Shown here in pieces: positions 1 to 9,048 of a stretch of 64,000 bases of DNA. The notes under the pieces were generated by a model. It was not told the origin of the DNA. It made no database searches and was given only the letters and a program-made list of their open reading frames with translations. Each line of letters begins with the position of its first letter. Position 1 is the stretch's first letter. Origin of the DNA: a virus (taxonomy: Duplodnaviria; Caudoviricetes); the IMG/VR virus record IMGVR_UViG_3300027996_003878. One strand, given 5' to 3'. The position numbers and the translations under genes were made by a program.

Positions 1-3000
1 CATCTGCCGGCTGAAATCTATCCTGCCTAACCAAATGAGCTTTATTTCGATTTGTATAAAGACCTTTGCCAATTATATCTAAAGTTGTAGGAATATACTC
101 CCCTGGGTTATGTCCATAAGTTAAAGTCAAAGTGGTCCTAAATTCACTGCCATAAGTAAAACTGTGACTTATACTTTCTGTATAAAACAATAAGTCTCGA
201 TCTTCTATATAATAAACCTCACCCGGTTGAATATACTCATTCCCAACAACTGTTGCAGATGCCGTGAATATCTTTTCCCTTTCCATGTTTAATTGATAAA
301 CCGCATACGGAGCACATTGAGTATATGGATTTTCGAAATAAGGAGCATTAATAGAGCCAGCCTGTCTAAAACCATATAAGCGCCACATATCATAATCTAC
401 GGCAAATGCCGTAGAAAAACCATTGCCGCCTTGACCAATCTCTAAGCCCGAAGGCTCCCTAACTAAAGCCTTCCCGAGCCTTCCATTGACTTGCACAATC
501 GTTCTATCAGGAGGACGCTCTCTTAACTCAAATGATATTAACTTTTCACCAGAAATGATATATCGATTTCCAGAACCGGGACCATAATCATCATAACTCT
601 CATCTTCAATCATACTTTCAAGCAACTCAGGAAATTCTTCTTTATTATTTCCCTTCAGCAGGTTAGTGTAAAGTACCATTTTTGGATTATTGTTCGCCGC
701 ATTCCCTTGCTTTAAATTACTTATAGCATTGGACAAAGACTTTATTAAACTTTGCCTTTCACTTTCATATGTAGCTATGTCTGACGTAACTTTAATGACA
801 TCTGATTGATTTAATCTTTGCGTTGAATTTGTTGACAGAATATCAGTAAAGCTTAATAAGTTTGGAGAATTAGTTCTTCTTTTTAATCTTTGGGCTATTA
901 CACTTATTCTATCTGTTATATTTTTTTGTGAAGCGTTATTTCCAAATTTATTATCTAAACTAATTTGTAGCTGCTTGTTAATATTGAAATGTTTTCTTTT
1001 TTCTAAATTTGTATTTAAAGATTGGCTTATAGGCTCTAGCGCTCTATTGATTTCTCTTTCTTTTCTTTCAGGATCACTTTCATAAAATAACTTTCTAAAG
1101 TCAGAGCCGGCAATAGTACCATTGCTTATATTCGCAGAAAGTAAATCAATATCAAATTTGTTTTTTATATTATCATCCGTTATAAATCCAATAGCTGCTG
1201 CTCTTATTCTTATTTCATCTTCAACTATTTCTAACTGATCTGTTAAACCTTCAACCTGATTTACAAACAAACTGGTTAGAAACTCTGGGAATATCTTGAT
1301 GCCCTTTGTCAGGCTATCATTAATCATTTTTTCAAAAACAGAGCTGGGCATCCTATTATACTTTGGCGCACGTGCTCGAATATGCCCCTGACTGTCTGCA
1401 AAAATTTCAAATTGAAGTAATCTAGCAATATCTCCCAGCGAATCAAATACGTTTCTATATGAGCTATTAAAGGTTTCCAAATTACCAAGAGCCTCCTCAA
1501 AAACCTGAAGGTCATAATTCTTGTCATAAGAATCATCTACAATAAACAAATTTGGATCTTCATTTGCTTTTACCTTCCAGAGGCGACGTTTAGTTAAATA
1601 GTTCAATCTCTTTCTAAGTTGAGTTCTCGCTCTAGCAAGTTCACTTTGCCTTCTAACGTTACCCACATTCATAATAGAAGGATTAAATGAAATGTCGTCA
1701 CCAGCGATTACTAAAGTTTTACTTTGCTCCAGAGCTTGATTTAGAGTTTCTGTAAAAGTAGTTCTCTCTAATTCAATCTGCCTATCTAATTCGATAATTT
1801 GCTCCGTTAAACTTTGTGTTGTAGGATCAACTGTAACTTTCGAAAGTAATGCTTCGTCCTGATAAAACTGAGGAACATTATTAAACTGAGAGACAGCCTC
1901 TGTCAGTAAGTCAAACTTTTTAGCTCTTTCTTTAATTAATACTGATAATTTCTGATTTGATTGCTCTATATCAAATTGACCCGAAGCTAAGAATTTATAC
2001 GTCTTATCATTTATCTCTAACTCTTTGAATGGAGTAAAGTTACCCCACGTTGCATTGGTTGAAGAAATTTCACCCAATAAGGCTTTAAGAAAAGATGCTG
2101 AGTTGCGATTATTTGTGTAGGGGTCTCTAAACGAAGAGTCAGATTTAATCGCAGAACGAATAAAGTTATTAAAATTATATGGCTCACCAGTTACCAACAA
2201 TGAGATAACGTTCATCGCATCTTGGCCTGCATATGGACTTGTCGTAATTTTTTGAGACGATTCGCTTGGCAGCGAGCCTAATCCATAAGAGCCTCCTGGT
2301 CCAAATAATACTAAACTGCCTATCCCTTCTTTCCAACGATAGATAAGCCCATCAGGGTTATTAAACTTCTTTCTAAAAAAAGCTGAAGAAATTTTTTCAA
2401 TTTCAGATGAATTATTATAATTTTCTTTCGTCGCCTTTTGGCCGACATTTTTTCCAGCTTTATACCTTAATAGACCTGAATCAAGTCTATTTATATTTTC
2501 ATTAAGCCACGGCGGTAAGCCATCTTTTGTCTCTGAAAAACCTGTCGCGAGGTCAAACTTAAGATCAAAGGGCGTTAGCGGGTCATACAACGCTCCATTA
2601 TAAACAGAAGAAGATGGGTTTACATTTACCTGACCAAGTTTAAAGTATTCTGAATTATCTGACAAAGTAACTGTCAGGCGATACCTGCCTCCATTGTAAC
2701 TATGAACTGCATTCCCAACCAAGCCGGAAAAAACGCAGGTGCCAGCGGCTTGCCTTGTAAAGTCATTTCTAAGAAGGTTATAAAGCCATAAAGGAAATTC
2801 AGGGCCAGCAATTGAATTTTTTTCAATTTCTATCCAACTATCTTCAATTCCATCATTTTTGCCAAATAAAGCTTTTAGATCTGAAAAAGCTGAATTGACA
2901 TCCCCTATAGTGCTGTTTAATTTACTAGTAAGAGACTGACCTTTGTATGTTGCATTCATCCCTTGAATGACTTTTCTATCAACGCCTGTTTTTGATGATA

Positions 3001-4288
3001 CAAAAATAGAAACCACATCTAATGGCTGTATAATTGACTTGTTGCCAAAATGAAGACGCATTTTACGTCGAACAAGATTCGTTCGTTCATTGAATTTAGT
3101 GATTTCTGACTTCGTAGTTTCTCTTAAGCCAATAGATGTATACAAATTAGAAATTATTTGTTTGAATATATCAGCCTCACTGCTTGATATGTCTAATCCC
3201 AAAAAACTAACTTGAGCCGGTGGCTCTTGTGATAGTCCGTTAGGGCCTTCAAACGCACTTGGATCTAATTTGACGGGGGATGTACTTGGATCTAGTAAAT
3301 TTATTCCAAAATTACCACCTTCAAACGTAAACTCTATTTCGCGCCCCTCCTCTTCAATAATAGCCCTTACTTTTTTAAATAGTAAAGACTGCTCGTTTAC
3401 AAGGAATTCAATTCGAGACACACCACGCGACATGCGAAGTTCATTTAACTTCAGACGAAGGTCTTGAGTAGCTTGCTCTAATTGCTTTTCACTAATTCTT
3501 AAAAAATTATTTTGGTCCGCTCTACTTGCAGCTTCAGAAATCGCTCTATCAATATCATCATTTGAAATGATCATCAATGAGTACGGATCTTCTATGCCAA
3601 GACTCGCACTACCGCCTCCTAATTTTGTAGAATTAGTACAATTAAACGTACTTACTAGCGTCAGCTCAAAAGTACCATTGCCCTCTCCTGTATTTGACGC
3701 ATATGAAATTTGCTTATCATTAATCCACGTTGTTATAAAATTTGGATATGATAAATATTTTACTTTTCTAATTGTTTCTAACTTTTGCCTTGTTTTTTCA
3801 TCTATCAAATTAGGCTTAAAAGCATTTATACTATCTATCGCAGAAAATACTAGAGGCAATGCAAAATCACCCACAGATCCGTTTTCTGCAACTATTCTTT
3901 CTATCTTAGACAATCGCTCATATGCAGCAATGACTTCACATTTTTGCTCAAATAATTTTTTACTGGCACGAATAAATAACTTTTCATCAGCATCCATCAA
4001 ATCCGTTCTATAATTTTCGGACAATGATGAAAACATTCTTTTCTTTACAACAACCGTGACATCCGGCTCTTGAATTAATATTTGAGAAATACGAGGTTTG
4101 ATTCCTTGTATTGTTCCAGATTCCGTGTAAGAACGCTGCGCACTTCTATCAATGTTTTTGGCAAAGCCACCAAGAGCTGCATAAGGTATGTTAACTCCAC
4201 CTATATTCGTATCTAAGCTTCTTGTTTTGTTTTCAGCAATTCCTATTTGATCTAAAAAAGAATTACTTAGGTCTTCTAAAAAGGGCAT
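1..4288 (-). CDS. Large baseplate hub-like protein (T4 gp27/VgrG/late-control-D-like), 3' end beyond window
   Basis: Missing from the ORF track because it runs off position 1. ATG at 4288 (MPFLEDLSNSFLDQIG). The same frame was read open at spot checks near 4288, around 200-600 (ISFELRERPP...ATVVGNEYIQPGEVYY...FRTTLTLTYG, a hub-type C-terminal pattern) and at 2-60. It lies directly downstream of tape measure and tube-initiator genes. Confidence 0.7.
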   Translation of the reverse strand, partial: MPFLEDLSNSFLDQIGIAENKTRSLDTNIGGVNIPYAALGGFAKNIDRSAQRSYTESGTIQGIKPRISQILIQEPDVTVVVKKRMFSSLSENYRTDLMDADEKLFIRASKKLFEQKCEVIAAYERLSKIERIVAENGSVGDFALPLVFSAIDSINAFKPNLIDEKTRQKLETIRKVKYLSYPNFITTWINDKQISYASNTGEGNGTFELTLVSTFNCTNSTKLGGGSASLGIEDPYSLMIISNDDIDRAISEAASRADQNNFLRISEKQLEQATQDLRLKLNELRMSRGVSRIEFLVNEQSLLFKKVRAIIEEEGREIEFTFEGGNFGINLLDPSTSPVKLDPSAFEGPNGLSQEPPAQVSFLGLDISSSEADIFKQIISNLYTSIGLRETTKSEITKFNERTNLVRRKMRLHFGNKSIIQPLDVVSIFVSSKTGVDRKVIQGMNATYKGQSLTSKLNSTIGDVNSAFSDLKALFGKNDGIEDSWIEIEKNSIAGPEFPLWLYNLLRNDFTRQAAGTCVFSGLVGNAVHSYNGGRYRLTVTLSDNSEYFKLGQVNVNPSSSVYNGALYDPLTPFDLKFDLATGFSETKDGLPPWLNENINRLDSGLLRYKAGKNVGQKATKENYNNSSEIEKISSAFFRKKFNNPDGLIYRWKEGIGSLVLFGPGGSYGLGSLPSESSQKITTSPYAGQDAMNVISLLVTGEPYNFNNFIRSAIKSDSSFRDPYTNNRNSASFLKALLGEISSTNATWGNFTPFKELEINDKTYKFLASGQFDIEQSNQKLSVLIKERAKKFDLLTEAVSQFNNVPQFYQDEALLSKVTVDPTTQSLTEQIIELDRQIELERTTFTETLNQALEQSKTLVIAGDDISFNPSIMNVGNVRRQSELARARTQLRKRLNYLTKRRLWKVKANEDPNLFIVDDSYDKNYDLQVFEEALGNLETFNSSYRNVFDSLGDIARLLQFEIFADSQGHIRARAPKYNRMPSSVFEKMINDSLTKGIKIFPEFLTSLFVNQVEGLTDQLEIVEDEIRIRAAAIGFITDDNIKNKFDIDLLSANISNGTIAGSDFRKLFYESDPERKEREINRALEPISQSLNTNLEKRKHFNINKQLQISLDNKFGNNASQKNITDRISVIAQRLKRRTNSPNLLSFTDILSTNSTQRLNQSDVIKVTSDIATYESERQSLIKSLSNAISNLKQGNAANNNPKMVLYTNLLKGNNKEEFPELLESMIEDESYDDYGPGSGNRYIISGEKLISFELRERPPDRTIVQVNGRLGKALVREPSGLEIGQGGNGFSTAFAVDYDMWRLYGFRQAGSINAPYFENPYTQCAPYAVYQLNMEREKIFTASATVVGNEYIQPGEVYYIEDRDLLFYTESISHSFTYGSEFRTTLTLTYGHNPGEYIPTTLDIIGKGLYTNRNKAHLVRQDRFQPAD

Positions 4289-4323
4289 CGATATCTTCCT
4301 GCGCTCTGATAAAAATGTTAAAA

Positions 4324-5232
4324 TTAAAAGTCAAAGGGTGTACTGAATAACTGATCTGGATTTTGCAATGTTTCCACCAAGTTTGATCCAGATGACTGAC
4401 GCTGCCCCGCAGCAGTCGCCTGTTCTCCAATTACCAAACCTCCAAAGCTATAAGGGGTGCCTAATTCGGGATCTGAATTGCTAGGTCCAGAAACCGCACT
4501 ACGATGCCATGGAAAAAAGTTCTGACGAAATCCGCGCTTTTGAGTTACTGTAAAATTAATACTATAATAAAATAAGCCAATTTTATCCGCAGACTCTGTT
4601 ACGGTAAAATCATTAAAGTATCCACGGTATACCTCTCCACTCCAGTACATCTCTACTGTAAATGCCAATGCCGCTAATGAAGGTGCCTGAGATGCTCTGT
4701 GTGGGCCTGGAGTCTCAGCCCCAAGTAAAGTTGCAAGGAAAGGCTGCGACTCCTCAAGGGCGTCTCCAATCCCAAAAACACCATTACTAAACTGATTTCT
4801 TTCATTTTCCGCAGCTAAATAGAGGGCATAGGGATCAAACGCAGCTTGTTCGTTCCTGTAAACGTCGTACAATACATTTATACCCTCAATGCCGGATGAA
4901 CCCGTAGTGCCTTCAATAGCTAATGTTGTTAACTGCTCGCCCCAATATTGTAATATATAACCACCCTTCGTCTTTGTGGCTCCAGGTATATCTTTTCTAT
5001 AATTATATCGTATCGATTGAGGGTTAATATACATCTCTACGATGGGTCCGTCGGGAATCAGCCAACGAACCATATTTCTTACGCTATAAGCTGGGCGATT
5101 ATTTCTTATCCTTCCCTGCCTTGTTCCCAAACCACTACTTGAAGGCACAGCTGGAGAGGCGAAGGAATTGCCTTCTAAAAATTGACCGGCTATATCAAAA
5201 AAGTCATTTGATTGTTTTGGTTGAATTGGCAT
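4324..5232 (-). CDS. Baseplate / tail tube initiator protein
   Basis: 302 aa with MYINPQSI...TKGGYILQYWGEQLTTLAIEGTTG, a pattern typical of tube-initiator proteins; follows the tape measure gene. Confidence 0.6.
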   Translation of the reverse strand: MPIQPKQSNDFFDIAGQFLEGNSFASPAVPSSSGLGTRQGRIRNNRPAYSVRNMVRWLIPDGPIVEMYINPQSIRYNYRKDIPGATKTKGGYILQYWGEQLTTLAIEGTTGSSGIEGINVLYDVYRNEQAAFDPYALYLAAENERNQFSNGVFGIGDALEESQPFLATLLGAETPGPHRASQAPSLAALAFTVEMYWSGEVYRGYFNDFTVTESADKIGLFYYSINFTVTQKRGFRQNFFPWHRSAVSGPSNSDPELGTPYSFGGLVIGEQATAAGQRQSSGSNLVETLQNPDQLFSTPFDF

Positions 5233-5241
5233 TTTTTATCC

Positions 5242-7272
5242 TTATAATAACCCAGAATCTATCTTGCGTCTTCTATCTGCATAATTTTTAATTGCTTTTT
5301 GTGCTATGGCGTCACCGCAAGTTTCACATGTAATATTTAATCGAAGCTCTCTTGTATCTTGTCTGGCCGCCGGAGGTGCCTGCGGCTCTGTTGTGGTTCT
5401 TCGCCCAGGAGTTATGGATGCTGCTTGTGGAACTACTGCACCAAGTTTGGGTCTGCCGGTTGCAGCTGGAACTTCCTTTCCTCTTCCTTCTTTTGCAGGC
5501 TCCTGTTTTTCGTCGGCTGGTTCAATTTTCTTTTTGAGCGCCATAATTGCCGTTCCCAAGCTTTTCGCAAACTCTTTCAACTTCTTTGTTGATGACACGG
5601 TTGCCACTGAATAACTTCTAAATACCTGTAGAGCAGATCTGCGCGGAGAGGCGCCTTCGACTTGTGCAAATGCATCTTCACGAGTTTCTTTCATCCTTTC
5701 CGCTCTGCCTGGAAGAACTTCTCTAGCCAACTCGGCGGCTGTTTTTGAAGTGGAAACTTTAATTAATTCCAGCTCATTTATCATTGAATTAAATTGACTG
5801 GAATGCCTTTCTTGTATCTTTGTTCCAAGATCAACTTTGTCTGCCAAATTTTTATCTTCTTGTTTTAAAATTTTAGCAAACTCCCCTGGATCCTGTTGCT
5901 TCAAAGCTCTAATGATTAATTGAGCTTGACGCTCATTTTGAGCAATTGCGTTTGGACCCTGAGTTAGGAGCTGTAGCTGTTTTGTATACTGCCTTGCACC
6001 TCCCTCTGTTGCAGCCGCTTCTTCCAGGCCAACAATTCTTCGCCCAAATTGCCTTCTTAAAGATTTCTCTACATCCTGAAATACAGCGCCAAGGTCCCCC
6101 TTCTCCAGGGCTAAGCTCATTTTAAAAGCACCCCGCAGGCCTCCCACTCCACCGGCCATACCCGAAGTAAATGCCCTTTGCGCTATAGTCATTTGAGATA
6201 TATTACGTGTAACACCCTGTACTAATTGTGAAATTGCTCTGGGTCCAATATTAGAGCCTTTCAATGCATCGCTAAAACGACCAAGTATTTCTAAGACCCC
6301 TTTTGTATTGTCTCCAAAAAACTTAAAACTATCAGCAGCTGAATTTGTATATTCTTGCACTGTCCTTAACGGAAGTCCTAATTTGTCAGCCGCGACGCTC
6401 ATATTAGAAATAAACTTAAGAGCCCCTTCACCTTTTATACCAAGATTGTCAAAAGCTTGTGTTTGCAATTGTATAACTTTTGATAGACTTTGACCTGTGC
6501 CTGCGGCCAAACGGACTCTTGCGGCAAACATTGACATTTTTGCTCCGACACCACCCGGACCTGCAACTTTCGTGCTAAAAGTATCAAGCCTATCGGGAAG
6601 TTCTTTTAATGAATCTTCAAACTTTGCAACTTGACCTATAGTTAGACCGCTTTCATTTGCCAGCGCTTTAAGATTTCCAATATAACCTAATGTCGTATTT
6701 CCAAGATTGTCTATACTGCTACCCATGCCTTCAAGCATCATGGAAAATTGCCCTGCCGCAGCGGCTCTTTTCATGAAGCTAGCTTCCAAATTATTGAACT
6801 GATCAGCTGCCTTGGCAGTGTCTTCGCCAAGTTTTTTAATGCCTTCAAGTATCTTTCCGTCAAAGGTTTTTCTTAAGCTTTCAGGAAGTAACTTAAGTGC
6901 CTTATCAAATTGTTTAAAGCTTGTTTCCGCAGAGGCAAATTCGTTACCAACCGATGACCAGCCCCCTCCAAGATTTTTAAGCTCTTTACCTACCCCCAAC
7001 AGGCCAAGCCTTTGAGCAGCCATGACTTCCCCAACTTTCTTGCCAAGGTTTTTTAGTGAATTCGAAAGCTCTGGAGAGATTTTGATGTCAGCTAGCTTTG
7101 CCAAGTGATCTTTTGCTATCCGAGCTTTACTTCCAGCCGCCACAAAAGACTTTCCAAGGTTAGAAAGTTGAGCCATAAGCTTATTAGCAAAATCATTATC
7201 GCCTAACTGGCCAAGCGACTTTTTTATCTCGTCAATTTGACGCTGTATTTCTTTTAAATTTAGATCTGCCAT
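5242..7272 (-). CDS. Tail tape measure protein
   Basis: 676 aa, Ala/Gly/Leu/Lys-rich and predicted helical, immediately downstream of the frameshifted chaperone pair; C-terminal CETC motif. Confidence 0.75.
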   Translation of the reverse strand: MADLNLKEIQRQIDEIKKSLGQLGDNDFANKLMAQLSNLGKSFVAAGSKARIAKDHLAKLADIKISPELSNSLKNLGKKVGEVMAAQRLGLLGVGKELKNLGGGWSSVGNEFASAETSFKQFDKALKLLPESLRKTFDGKILEGIKKLGEDTAKAADQFNNLEASFMKRAAAAGQFSMMLEGMGSSIDNLGNTTLGYIGNLKALANESGLTIGQVAKFEDSLKELPDRLDTFSTKVAGPGGVGAKMSMFAARVRLAAGTGQSLSKVIQLQTQAFDNLGIKGEGALKFISNMSVAADKLGLPLRTVQEYTNSAADSFKFFGDNTKGVLEILGRFSDALKGSNIGPRAISQLVQGVTRNISQMTIAQRAFTSGMAGGVGGLRGAFKMSLALEKGDLGAVFQDVEKSLRRQFGRRIVGLEEAAATEGGARQYTKQLQLLTQGPNAIAQNERQAQLIIRALKQQDPGEFAKILKQEDKNLADKVDLGTKIQERHSSQFNSMINELELIKVSTSKTAAELAREVLPGRAERMKETREDAFAQVEGASPRRSALQVFRSYSVATVSSTKKLKEFAKSLGTAIMALKKKIEPADEKQEPAKEGRGKEVPAATGRPKLGAVVPQAASITPGRRTTTEPQAPPAARQDTRELRLNITCETCGDAIAQKAIKNYADRRRKIDSGLL

Positions 7273-7304
7273 AATATAGCTTTAATATTTTCTTTGTTAA
7301 TATT

Positions 7305-7655
7305 TTACTTTTTTCGTCTTCTTCGTCTTCTGGGCTTCGATCTTTCTCTTTCTTTTTGTTTCTCGATATCATTCATCATCATTTGAGTTGAAGCTTCAAA
7401 ATCTGTATCTGAAGATGAATAATCAGGATTTTCATCATCAATCATTTTCTGAGCCATTTCATGATTAGAAAAAGCTCCATTTAAAATGGCAAAATAACGC
7501 TCCGATTCATTCTTCTCCACATAATCTTGCTTCCAACTTTCATACATCCATAATTTCATTAAAGGATCTAGATCTTCTATCCATGGATCATTAGGAAGCT
7601 TTGAAAAGGTCTTACATAAGAACCACAGAAATCTATGATCTGGATCCTTTATTAT
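7305..7655 (-). CDS. -1 frame extension of tail assembly chaperone (gpGT-like)
   Basis: The -1 frame is open from the A7 run at 7655-7661 (IIKDPDHRFLWFLCKTFSKLPNDPWIEDLDPLMKLWMYESW) into the 7305..7559 ORF. Predicted fusion is 319 aa. Confidence 0.75.
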   Translation of the reverse strand: MIKDPDHRFLWFLCKTFSKLPNDPWIEDLDPLMKLWMYESWKQDYVEKNESERYFAILNGAFSNHEMAQKMIDDENPDYSSSDTDFEASTQMMMNDIEKQKERERSKPRRRRRRKK

Positions 7656-8263
7656 TTTTTTACAGAATCTACCGCTTCTGCAACTTCCTCTTTGGAGGAA
7701 TTATCTTTCAAACCATATTTTTCCTCAGTTTCCTCAACCAAAAGCAAGTATTGTTTATATAAAATATCAACAACATTCTCTTCTAACTCATGAATAAAAT
7801 TAACCTTATCCTTCATTGATGAGCTTCCGATTACATCATTAATATCATGCCCGTCGATAAGATAAAGAGAGCGCGCCAAAGTATTAGCCCTTAACTCAAA
7901 AGTAAGGGTGACATCTTGAAGATGAGACACATCCAATAACACCTGCCTTAACTCCCGAGATTTGAGAGTTCTAAGGGAAAACTGGACATTCTCAAAGGAG
8001 AAATCTTTTGTATTTCTACCTATTCCAGTTAGAATTTCCACCCGTTGCTTCGAATTAAAAGAAATGTTTTGTGCCGCTCGTAATTCCTCAATCTTTCGCC
8101 TTCGCAATGCCTCATAATCAACCTGCTCACCGGGCGAAACTGATGCAGCTTGGGGGCCGGGACCTTGCGCCTGACCTGAGCTATCTTCTACTGTAAAAAC
8201 CTTTTGATTCTGGGGGCCTGAAGAAAAAGTTGTCTTACCAATGGGACTTTCTATCTCTGCCAT
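7652..8263 (-). CDS. Tail assembly chaperone (gpG-like)
   Basis: 203 aa between tube and tape measure genes, ending GTA AAA AAA TAA (slippery A AAA AAA). Confidence 0.75.
   Translation of the reverse strand: MAEIESPIGKTTFSSGPQNQKVFTVEDSSGQAQGPGPQAASVSPGEQVDYEALRRRKIEELRAAQNISFNSKQRVEILTGIGRNTKDFSFENVQFSLRTLKSRELRQVLLDVSHLQDVTLTFELRANTLARSLYLIDGHDINDVIGSSSMKDKVNFIHELEENVVDILYKQYLLLVEETEEKYGLKDNSSKEEVAEAVDSVKK
7655..7661 (-). other. Programmed -1 ribosomal frameshift site A AAA AAA
   Basis: Seven A on the minus strand immediately before the stop. The -1 frame has no ATG of its own until 7559 and is closed by a TAA upstream. Confidence 0.7.
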
Positions 8264-8337
8264 TTTTCACCTTCTTGTATTAAAAATATGAACAATAAAA
8301 ATTATAAATTATAATCTTTATTGCTATAGTATATAAC

Positions 8338-8374
8338 AAAATATCCGCACCAAGATAATTTGGTGCGGATATTT
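8338..8374 (-). terminator. Intrinsic terminator after tail tube gene
   Basis: Perfect 15-bp inverted repeat aaatatccgcaccaa/ttggtgcggatattt with a 6-nt loop, followed by TTTTGTT on the minus strand. Confidence 0.7.
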
Positions 8375-8397
8375 AAAGTATCGAATTTTATAAAATA

Positions 8398-9030
8398 TTA
8401 TCCGTCAATAAAGGCATTTAAGAGGCCAGCGGCATCAAGGGCGCCGCGATACTTACCTCGGTCAGCCTCTCTTTCAAAAGGATTAACAAAGACAGGACCG
8501 CCATTGCCATTTCCAGCCGCGCTTACTACGTTACCATTTGTAGAAGCAATAATACTGTAGATGGACTCTGCCTGCCAACCCATCGTTTCAGCGATAATAA
8601 AACTTTCCGCGCTGTAGGTGTAACTTACACTATTGACCCAAACATTTTTAATTGTTGTGATAATTGCGTTATTCTCATCAGAATCAGCAAAAATATCATG
8701 TATTTCAATGTCAAAAGGTATTCTTTGAGCGTGAACATGAACGTATCCACGATCAAATGCCTCCAAAATACGTTGCTTATCAAAGCGTGTTCTATTGCAA
8801 CTTCCAGCTATTGTTGTACTTGACTGAGGGGCACTGTCAATGAGGCCGTCTGTCCCTACCTCTGCGATAGGCGCAATCGTCCTAGTTTCATTGACCTGTA
8901 AACTTTGCACGGCACCAACAATATTACCACCGCCAACCTTAATTATGATGTTAGTTGATAAATGAGTCGCCGTTCTATTATTACCTTGCGCGTCATCGAA
9001 AGCGGTTTTTGTATTACGAGCTGATGCCAT
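8398..9030 (-). CDS. Tail tube protein
   Basis: 210 aa, beta-strand pattern (NIIIKVGG..VGAVQSLQVNETR..IAEVG), directly downstream of sheath. Confidence 0.8.
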   Translation of the reverse strand: MASARNTKTAFDDAQGNNRTATHLSTNIIIKVGGGNIVGAVQSLQVNETRTIAPIAEVGTDGLIDSAPQSSTTIAGSCNRTRFDKQRILEAFDRGYVHVHAQRIPFDIEIHDIFADSDENNAIITTIKNVWVNSVSYTYSAESFIIAETMGWQAESIYSIIASTNGNVVSAAGNGNGGPVFVNPFEREADRGKYRGALDAAGLLNAFIDG

Positions 9031-9048
9031 ATATTATTCCTCAATAAA

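Noticed and set aside
3270-4013. Plus-strand ORFs 3270..3467 and 3567..4013
   Set aside because: Antisense to the baseplate hub-like gene. The same applies to the other short plus-strand ORFs overlapping minus-strand genes throughout the window.
1-4288. Apparent 4.3-kb ORF-free region suggesting stop-codon reassignment or a large ncRNA
   Set aside because: A single minus-strand frame from ATG 4288 reads open at the positions checked and simply exits the window; all other genes are full length in the standard code.
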